From positions 17,584,651-17,648,650 of the forward strand of contig CM120647.1 in the NCBI GenBank assembly GCA_051362555.1: DNA of 64,000 bases, read 5' to 3'. Of this stretch, positions 55,006 to 64,000 are shown one piece after another; position 1 is the stretch's first letter, and every line of letters begins with the position of its first letter. The stretch is from Lingula anatina (lineage: Eukaryota; Animalia; Brachiopoda). The notes under the pieces are model-generated. The model did no database searches, had not been told where the DNA came from, and saw only the letters and a list, made by a program, of their open reading frames with translations. Position numbers and translations under genes: made by a program.

Positions 55006-56266
55006 TAAAAAGCTCTAATATCTTTTTTAAATATTTAATTTGCTAAAGCTTAAAGGATATTTACACTAGATTTTGTAAAAAAGAAAACGTCAATTCCTAT
55101 CGTATACCATCTAAGAAAAATGTCGAAAAATTAGTTTTGAAGAAGACGGCATTTTGAACTTTGAATTCTACGTTCCAACAAAAACTAGTTTGCTAACTGG
55201 GGCATAATTGTCTCGGGTTTTACAGCAAATACATTTAGTTGGCCGTTACTGCTCCAGGCGGACTCAGTTTGTCTAGTTTGGGTTGCGGCGGGGAGGAGGC
55301 ACTCTCCTCAAACCCCACCTAGTATCCGCCAGAGGATGGGCATGTGGCCTCGTATCATGTTTTTGTCACCTAGCTTAATCCAAGAAAAAATGCATGCACT
55401 TCTTTGTAATAAATTCCCATTTGTTTTACTGTGTGAATAAGAGACATGACATGTTTAAGATATGTTTCAATGGTAACAAAAATTTAGCAATGTCTCCAGG
55501 AGTTGGTCTGCAACAGCTTGCTGACAAATTGATCTTGTCATTTGGTGCAACTTTAATTCGTGTGAAAGAAGATAAGAAGTTTGGGAATGTTCACAAATAA
55601 CAACTTTAGGGTTTAATTATCAACCACATACGCACAAACACACTGAAATAATTATCATATCTGAACAATCATACCTGAAAACTGATAAACAGAGCGGCTG
55701 GAAAACGTTATCAATATTTAACTGCCATTAATAGTTATTGTGCCAGCACGTGCACGGTCATGCACGTTGTCCTACTGTCATTACATGCTTAGATATAAGA
55801 CGACCATGTCAGAAAATAATCGCAGTATATAGCTGACATTTGACGAACAACTTCGCCTTAATGACACTGATGAAGAGATGAGAATGAACCGCTGTACCAT
55901 AGTAAATACTGTTTGTACTAAAGGTGAGAGATGTTTATCCTAGTGCTCACAGGTAAAAAAAAAACAAATAAATTATTAATTTTAATCATGTATAATTGTT
56001 CTCAAGCCAGTTCTGGCTGTGACGACATTTAGATGAATAGTAACTGAAAATCTTTGTTTCGTCAAAGGAGCAGCTTCGCATGGACTGAATTGTTGATATC
56101 TGAATGGGTGTAATAAGGTAAAATGGCCTTAAAACTTTTTTGTGTGTGTATAGTAATCAAAAATGTTTCTAACATTGGTTGTAATAATTTTTTGGAGTAT
56201 GCACCGAAAAAAGTGTCTTTTGGTGAGTTTTTCAACCGGATGCTCATCAGTCAGACTGCCGACTAT

Positions 56267-56478
56267 GACTGCATTCCCACAATTTTAGGTCGATCCAGTC
56301 TCCCTGTAGACCACTGGGGGTTCACGCAAAATTGCTGTCAGCCGAGCGTGCACGGAAGTTTATTGCCCCTTTACAGCTTTTAGTAGGCGGGACAGACATT
56401 TAAGCCGGCTAAGCTGAGAGTAATCTAGTGAGACTCCCCACGGGGATAGATCGATGTAAAATCTGTGGGAATGCAGTC
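56267..56478. mobile_element. MITE with about 29-bp imperfect TIRs
   Basis: GACTGCATTCCCACA..TCGATC / GATCGA..TGTGGGAATGCAGTC. Confidence 0.7.
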
Positions 56479-56858
56479 TAAGCTACGCCTCTTTTTGTAA
56501 AGGCCGTTCCCATAAGGGGTCAAAGCAAAGTTAATAAGTTATAAGCCATGTGCGGTAACAGCCAAGGCGTTCCGTTCCAAGAAAACGATATTACACGAGT
56601 AGCGGTGGAGCCTGTTTTTCGGTCTCTCATTAGTCGAAATGAATAGATCCCAGAGAACAATGGGTGACTTGTTGCGGTCTCGTTTAAATCTCGTTTTCCG
56701 GAAACGATTCCTTCATGTACTTCAATAATTATTGTGAACAATGTCAACAGCGACGCAAGGTCGTTGCCTGTCTTTCACACTACTACAAGAATATATATGA
56801 AGGTTTATTTAATATGTTCTTAAATGGGAAGATTCTCTAGGAGACTGGTAGTATTGAC

Positions 56859-57016
56859 GGGGGCGTCTCGATAGTCCGAAGGTTCATTGGTCCGAAAAGT
56901 GGTAACACTTTCATCGATTTTTTAATCAAGGGTCCATTGGTCCGAAGGTTCTATAGTGAACATTCGGACCAATGAACCTTCGGACTATTGAACCTTCGGA
57001 CTATCGCTACGGCGCC
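56859..57016. mobile_element. Small non-autonomous DNA element with 8-bp TSD (Zisupton- or hAT-like, unresolved)
   Basis: GTATTGAC at 56851-56858 and 57017-57024; inverted subterminal repeats ATAGTCCGAAGGTTCATTGGTCCGAA / TTCGGACCAATGAACCTTCGGACTAT. Confidence 0.8.
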
Positions 57017-59163
57017 GTATTGACAGGTGTGAAAATTTTGATCTGTTAAATGTGGGGGCTAGCTAAAAATCATTCAATGAATGGTATCATACGTGCCTTA
57101 AGCCCCTTTTACACTGGACAGCGTCCTTTCTGCGATCAAAAATGTGGTCAGGACTCTCAACTGTCGCCAAATATCGAATCTTGGTTTAACTTGTAAAACT
57201 GCGAGCGACCTGTTCGTCCCCTGTGCAACACACGGCGTCCATCGCGATTTTTAAGCGACCATTGAGCATCCTTATTGCGTTCTCTGTAACTTCATTGGCA
57301 ATCAGTGGCAACCACTCTACGATCATTCTGTCTCCTGCTAGACCAAACAGCGTTGTTTGGGCGACCTTCTTTATATTGACTCTTTCATATTTTTTTCATC
57401 AGTTCTAATCCGGTCACTCAATTAAGAACATTTCAAGGAAAAGAAACATGATTACGAACAAAACTACAGTAATGCAAAGTCTGCATGGACTGATAATAAG
57501 TCAGATGATCATTGTTGTCCTTATAAGACGAATGGACAAGCGCTGAAGACGAGAAAGGGTGTCTGACACAATAGAGAATATTCAAATCCGTTTTCGAAAG
57601 ACGCATTCTGCAAAAATTGCGACAAGATTTGCATCTTGAAACAAAGCGAAATGTTCGTTCTATAATTACCTCCAAAATTTGATCGGTTCAAAAATTTTAG
57701 GACAAAAATGCCAACTGGAGGCTGGTATATAGCTCTTACCCTAAGATTTCCTGCCTTTGGTAAAAATACCCTAGTGTGGCCCCGTTTGAGAGTATACTTC
57801 ACGTGCCGACAACTGTCCGATCGTTCAGCATTCATGGTGTAGCCTACGTGTACGTTTGAGAAATTGAACACGGAAAAAAGTTTAAAATGTTTATTAAAAA
57901 TACAAGAAAAAAAGAAATAATTTTTAGATATTTAAACATGTACAGTTACTCGGGTGGCTTAGCGTCATGGCTACATTGATGTATGGACAACAAACATAAT
58001 AGTCTATGTTCATCATAAAATGTGCGACAAAGTTTATTCTTGTCCAAGCACTTGGGGGAAAAATGGGTAAAATATTTTTATGTTGTCGACTGAAACAAGT
58101 AGTGTGCATTTCAACATTCCTGACATGATCTTTGCATCACAAATATAAAAAAGTTATTTCATGTTTTTTTTTAACTGTCAGCATGCACTCCATTTATCCC
58201 TTTTATAATATTCAATGACATACAAAGTAAAATAGCGTAAAAATAAGAGCCCAATAAGGAAGATTATCGAGTTTGATTTTTCGACGAACACTTTTTTACA
58301 ACGTAATACTTTAGGAAATAAATTGAACAACAATAAAAAAGTGTTCATCGAATTTTCAAAATAAATATAACGCAGGGTACGGCTGTCGTTGTTATATCCT
58401 CCTTGAGGCAAATCGCCAACATTACATACATGTAAAAATATTCGCAGAATAAGTTTTAAAATCTGATATCGAAATTCCAAACTGTTGGTAAAATCAAAAT
58501 TAATAGCTATATTATAACGTAATTTGACATCACTAATTTGTACTAATTTGTTAGATAACCAAAATTGCCGATGATCCAAGTGAAGGAAACATTTTTCTGA
58601 AAGTAACGGCGACGATATTATTCTGAACAACTTACAGGACGAAGGACCCGTACTAGTTACGAAAAGCCCTCTTTTCAACAGGCGACTAAAAGCATTTGTT
58701 TTTTTTTTTTTTTTTTTTATTACAAAGTGGATTTATAAAGGCAACATTTTATTCAAGCAAAATGTTCCAAGTAATTAACGGGATTAAAAGATAAGGTGAC
58801 GCCAACTGTGTGATCCCGGTCTTACAGATAGTAACCTCTTTTTAAAGTGACGAATGCATGACCCAGGCTGTAATCAACGCACTTGCCAAATTACATGTAT
58901 ATATTGTTATCCTCCAAGCGTCGCTTCCAGTTACGCTGCCATTGTTTGTTGTCCTCCACCTTCTATTGTATAGAAAGGGAGTGGAAGGTTTTTACGGGTA
59001 GTAAACAATTTTTTCTAGTTTTTTTCTTCATCCGTATAACTTTTTAAAACAGTATTTAATTTTTTATTCTTACAAGTTTATGTGTCTAACACGACGCATT
59101 CGAGGGAGAATTTTTCCCGGTGATGTATATTTGATATGTTTATTGTCTTAATAAATCTTTAAG

Positions 59164-59305
59164 CTGCAGCTTTGAGAGAGAAGACGCTGGGAGAAACCCA
59201 CAAGACTGCAGACACGATGTACAGGAAACGTACAGCCGAAGAGATAAACCACCAAGAGCAGGAAGTTATTAGTTTATGTGAAAAAATTACAGGAGCGAAT
59301 AAAAG
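59164..59305 (+). CDS. Protease gene internal exon
   Basis: 142 nt, phase 1-2, AALREKTLGE..GANK, AG/GTAAAA; alternative in-frame acceptor at 59170. Confidence 0.62.
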
Positions 59306-59337
59306 GTAAAAGTAGTAGAGAGAAACACACACACACA

Positions 59338-59375
<38 letters not shown>

Positions 59376-59537
59376 AGGGCCGTAGCCTGAGCAAAATGCC
59401 AGGGGGGGGGGCAGTAAGCGGACACGAGGGGGCGAAGCCCCCAAGGGGGGAGGGGGTGTCCTCCTACCAGTGTGGAAAATTCTAAATCCCAGGGGGGGGC
59501 AGCTGCCCCCCCCTCTGCCTCCCCGGAGGCTACGGCC

Positions 59538-59580
<43 letters not shown>

Positions 59581-59796
59581 GAGAAGAGAGACATGCAAAA
59601 TGAATGTTTTTAAATTTGTTTTACGCGAAGTGCGAAGCTAAAAATTAACGTTTTATTGTTAATTTCGCCTTGATCCACAATTAGTTTCAGAACGCCAACA
59701 AAGGATGGCTGGCTGAAAGACAAAGCTGAAATTCATGTAACCAAAGAGCTTGTTGAAGAAATGGAAAGGTAATAACAATTGGAACTCTTTCACTCT

Positions 59797-59834
<38 letters not shown>

Positions 59835-61618
59835 TTTCGATGTTTTATTGTCTTTTTTTAATTATGAAAGATACGGTATGTCCGCAAGATTTTATTAGAC
59901 GATGTCTTTTTTCTATTTAATAAGGGAGCATTCAGATTCAAGTTCTCGTACCAGCAGGATCGATCCATCTCGCTTAAGTGCAGTCAATGTAATCAGCTTA
60001 ATTTTCTGAGTAACCGAGTGCACACGAAAGTTAATAACCCCCGAACTGCTAGATGAGGTGTGTCAGACAAATTAAGCTAATTACATTGACGGCACTTTAG
60101 CGAGGATCCCCTCACAGTTGGAACTATCCAGCTGGTACTATGTGTCTGTATCTGAATGCTTACTAAGACTGGGTTCCCTTACCTAGATCGATCTAAAAGG
60201 ATCCGTCCAGCTCCGAGGAGTTTCTCGCTTTTTTAATTAGAATTATCCCCTAGCAGCTTCTATAGGCGTGACAGACGTCTAAGCCGCTTAAACTGATTGC
60301 AATTTAGCGAGAACCCTTCGGAGATGGATCGATCAAAAGTTAGTACGATAGGGTCTAGGAATGGTCTCTCTGATACAAAACTGACTGATATATACAGTGT
60401 AGTTTTGTCCCAGTAATTGCTATTAAAATGGATTTACTGGAACTCAGGTCATTTTTTACATTAAAGGTTGAAGAGAAAATTAATTAAGCGCAAGCGGTTT
60501 TACCTACCTTTATCATATTACATACATTTTGAATTCAACATATACAGTACATACAAGTTGCAAGTCGATTGTATAGATATAAAGATGCAATCAATCACTG
60601 AGCAAAAGCACTGTTTTCTTGGTTTTGTAGTACAGAGGGTGTTATAGCATTGGGCAGATGGGGTGAATATCTGCAGGTTCATCTACAGGATGATGGCAAA
60701 TCAAAGGCGACTATGTCTGATGACAAAGTAAGGCAGTTGTTGCAGAAACACAACATTCCTGGAGACAAAATTCTAATCGTCCGTCAATCCGAACGACCCC
60801 GACTTAAATTGTATGATGCTGTTCCTGCTCCAGGATCAAAGATTCGTAGTCACGACGATCATAAAAGATATGGCACTCTCGGAGCATATGCCAGTTCCTC
60901 AACTGACCCGAATATCGGTTTTATTTTAACATGCAATCACGTTACGAGGGGTTTTGCAGAAATTTGCATGGCACTGGTAGCTGATGACCTGGAAGTGTGG
61001 GGGGAAGGTGAGGCGTCTGCGCATGGCGCGTGCATCAAGGGAGAATGCGTTTTATCCCTCGAAACTGGAAATGGAAGCACTGTGGATTTGTCGATTGTCA
61101 AGTTTAATGCCGTCAAAAAGAAACTGCAATCAGCGGTCGCTAGGGAGACAACTAATGACATGGACTCGCTTTCTGAGAAAATAGTGTTTAAAGTTGGTGC
61201 TACGACGGGAAAAACTTCAGGCAAAATCATTGGTTCCGATTATTATTTATCTGAAACGTATGGAAACCTGATTTTAATCCTGCCAGACTCTTCGTGTAAG
61301 ACCACAGGATTTTCGCAAAAAGGAGACAGTGGTTCCGTCGTATATTTGGAATCAAATTCGAAGTTGGTTTCTATGGTTATTGGCGAAGTTGAAAATTTCT
61401 CGTATTATGATATCAGTGTCAAGCCCCCTAAACTAATTAAGGATGGTCCACCTGTGACAGCCTCGTTTTTGATTAATAAAGGGTTAGCAGCCGCATCGGC
61501 GAAAGACCGGGGAGAGTGGTCAATTTTTGATCACACGGCTTTTGAATGTGACTTTAAAAGACAATGTCCAAAGCCAGGGTCCGGAATCACTCTTAGAAGC
61601 AGCACGCCCGTTGAATAA
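59164..61618 (+). CDS. Atypical chymotrypsin-fold serine protease (Nal1/Ssy5/alpha-lytic-like), 5'-partial; exons 59164-59305, 59691-59768, 60631-61618
   Basis: Phase-compatible GT-AG exons join in frame (..GANKR|TPTK..EMES|TEGV..); motifs GTLG, ILTCNHV (His), VDLSIV (Asp), KVGATTG, GDSGS (Ser). Confidence 0.8.
59375..59540. mobile_element. 166-bp MITE inserted in a (CA)n microsatellite
   Basis: Perfect 14-bp TIR CAGGGCCGTAGCCT / AGGCTACGGCCCTG; (CA)n on both sides (59325-59578). Confidence 0.85.
59691..59768 (+). CDS. Protease gene internal exon
   Basis: 78 nt, TTTCAG/GTAATA, phase 2-2, TPTKDGWLKDKAEIHVTKELVEEME. Confidence 0.72.
59787..59834. repeat. (GA)n microsatellite
   Basis: Direct read. 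Confidence 0.9.
59924..60163. mobile_element. Palindromic Tourist/Harbinger-like MITE
   Basis: TAA on both flanks; AGCATTCAGAT / ATCTGAATGCT termini; long internal inverted repeat (GTCAATGTAAT..AGCTTAATTT / AAATTAAGCT..ATTACATTGAC). Confidence 0.72.
60167..60368. mobile_element. Adjacent degenerate palindromic MITE
   Basis: CTCCGAGGAGTTTCTCGCT / AGCGAGAACCCTTCGGAG inverted pair; GATCGATC words shared with 56267-56478. Confidence 0.55.
60631..61618 (+). CDS. Protease gene terminal exon (catalytic domain)
   Basis: TTTTGTAG acceptor; ORF 60650..61618; His 60938, Asp 61085, Ser 61328. Confidence 0.85.
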
Positions 61619-61845
61619 TGTAAATGAAGAGGTCCGTACTCACATTGATTCTGTTCTGTCAAAGCAACAAATACAATTAGAAATTCTCCAATACAATAAA
61701 TGTCAGAGGATGTAAGACTAGCAGGAGCTATTTAAATATTACAATGTATAAATTTTGGAAATTCTTTAAAACATCATAAAATATCAATGATGCACAGCCG
61801 CAAGGTTAATGGTTTTCATGACAAACATTGGTCATGTGCCCGAAT

Positions 61846-61890
<45 letters not shown>
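61846..61890. repeat. (AAT)n microsatellite, possibly the 3' tail of a minus-strand LINE
   Basis: Direct read. Confidence 0.9.
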
Positions 61891-63420
61891 TTTATTTATA
61901 GTCTAAAATCCACGTAAAATGTTCAGTAGATTTTACATTGGGTAAAATGAGCAGAATAAGATGCATAAAGTTAATAAATAAATAAATAGGTAGTTAACAT
62001 ATTAAGATACAGACTTGACATTTAATATGGAATATTTCAGTTTCGAAGGTATGCCTAGGTAAAAATCCGTTCTTTTTTAAAAAAACTCCGATCTCATATA
62101 AGATTTGTGAATGGAGAAGTGTGAAGTCAGGTGTGTCGCTACCAATTAACTGACTTCCATGTCTGCTGCGCTGCTACATTATGTAATATGCGGTGATTTA
62201 ATTGGGTAGTGTTCCCTTGGGCTGGTCAGGGCTTGGCTTAGGCAAAGCTTGGTTCTGTCAAAAAAGTATCCGTATGTCGGCAACTACTGCATAGAAGAAT
62301 TTGAAATTTTGCATGCAAGCGGTCAGTTTTGAAGTGCGTAAAATGAGCTAAGTAGTGCTTTACAAATTTGTAAATTTGTAGCAGAATGGCGCGAAAAAGA
62401 CATTACCAGACATTATCAGACAGATTATAGCGGCAAACGGAACGGTCCGCACAGTTTTATAGAGTAATGCCCAGACTGATGTACCTACACAGATGTCACA
62501 CCAAATGCATCGAAATCTTGCCTCCAGGGTACAGGACACACTGTCTTTCGGGATATGCTGCTGCAACTAAACGAAAGCCACCCAGTCCGTTCAGAACGAG
62601 GGGTTAATTGCCACCAAAATGCATTTTTCAAGGCCCTTAACGAACACCAAACTGATTTTAGCAGGTTAGAATATCAGACGACCTCCGAGGAACCCACTGT
62701 AAACAGCAAAACATCGTCGTCTGTTTCTCTAATGAATTGGGGGCCATGACCGTTTCTAGGTAGAACACTGAAACCACGAGGCTTTCTTTATTGAGGTCAG
62801 ATTTCACCTGTACCGACCAACTAGTCAAAACAGAGTTTACAGACATCCAGAAGAGGCCTATGACGAAGCATGTGCCGCGTCTAAAGTGACACGGGTCATT
62901 GACAGCGTCGGTATTTGGAGTGGATACCACATTGGTGCCAAAACACCAATGGTAGTCATTGACGAAAACCTGAACCAGATCAAATAAACGAATAATCTGG
63001 GAACCACTTGACTATCATTTGATAGGGGGCACCTTAGGGACAATTTTAGGTTACACGGTGAGATTCACACAGAACACTTTTAATAGCAGATAACTTACAG
63101 AACCAAGAGAATGAGCAGCTACCCTGGTCATCACAATCGCCACATTTGAACCGCATAGACAATATGTGGGTAAGCCATTACTCACCGAATCAACTGCCTA
63201 CATGCCCTACATCAAAACTGGACCAAATTGGACAATTTTGGACCGATGCCTGGAATAATATTCCAGATTGAACTCTAAAAACCTATCCCAAGGAATACCT
63301 TGCCGCTTGAGAGCGCTTGTAACAGACAGAAGAGGCCAGGCGTAACAGCGACCGTTACTATGTCTAGACACTGACATGAGAGTCCTTTGTGGAGCGTATA
63401 ACTTATTTACAGACGATAAT
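61890..63420 (-). mobile_element. Decayed LINE (CR1/L2-like reverse transcriptase remnant)
   Basis: Minus-strand peptide LKRQGIPWDRFLEFNLEYYSRHRSKIVQFG resembles the L..YGI.G..L.W..SYL..R.Q.V RT segment; AATAAA and (TTA)n tail at the 3' end; many stops. Confidence 0.4.
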
Positions 63421-64000
63421 ATGGTAAATATGGAGATCCAAAATATCTCTTTTAATGGCTGTCGTATGACATAGAATAGGCAATGCATTTCTGTTTGCTT
63501 CAATGTCGAATTCAACCAATGAGCTGATGTCACCATGACATCAAAGAGATAATTTAAAGCTATTAAAACACGATTTTAATCTTTATTTTCATTTATCAGT
63601 CAGCAAAATAGGAAAAAAACTGATGAAAAATGACTTGGAAAAAATATTCCATATTAAATGTCAGTTCTGTATTAAAATATAAAGTACTATGTAAATAAAT
63701 ATATGGACAATTAAAATTTTAAAACATTAAAATAGATAATTCAATGTAAAGATAGCAGCCAGTCAAATCAGTTATAAAACGTTTTGAAATTAAACGTTTT
63801 TAATTTTCGTCTTTTAAATTGCCCTCAGACTCTATTTTTAAATATATTGGGGGAATGTTTCATTCATTTTTTCCATAGACTTGAAGAGCTAGGTCACCGT
63901 ACATGTTCTGAATCTGGCATTACATGATATGAATCTAATGAAAGCTTTTACAAAGTCATCATGAAATCCCATCAGATTTTCGAGTTGGTATAATTATTTC

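Noticed and set aside
55806-57558. Possible upstream exons of the protease gene (55878-55923 ending AAAG|GTGAGA; about 57427-57558)
   Set aside because: Phase-compatible but short, with no recognisable motifs and weak splice support; needs RNA-seq.
58178-58678. 166-aa minus-strand ORF
   Set aside because: AT-rich, no recognisable domain, non-ATG start and no convincing splice context.
33428-63630. Other CTGATGA words (about 33428, 34685, 55867, 63620) as hammerheads
   Set aside because: No stem II hairpin followed by GAAA and no stem I pairing.

Overview
AT-rich invertebrate (metazoan) genomic DNA; the repeat types suggest a marine lophotrochozoan such as a mollusc, which is inference only. 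Bases 17-52642 (+) hold the 3' part of one giant multi-exon gene: 90 consecutive GT-AG exons of 174-243 nt, each symmetric phase 1-1 and each encoding exactly one 4-cysteine CCP/Sushi (SCR)-like module. A 1.6-kb terminal exon follows, encoding a Gly/Ser/Thr-rich tail with nine 13-aa repeats, three GHWH motifs, a Gly/Tyr patch and no transmembrane segment. Spliced in order, the exons give about 6,090 aa with no stop, and the N-terminus lies upstream of the window. The array shows recent local expansions, an AB dimer repeat, a 9-domain super-repeat, a 5-exon block duplication, apparent gene conversion, collagen-like inserts in two modules, duplicated splice sites and a recurrent intronic motif present in both orientations. 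The introns carry two Helentron-type non-autonomous elements, one containing a 146-bp satellite. Downstream (53-64 kb) is a CpG-richer region with several MITEs, a Penelope-like palindromic insertion bearing a minimal hammerhead motif, the last three exons of a gene for an atypical Nal1/Ssy5-like chymotrypsin-fold protease (59164-61618 +), and a probable decayed LINE. Coordinates were read by eye and may be off by a few bases.
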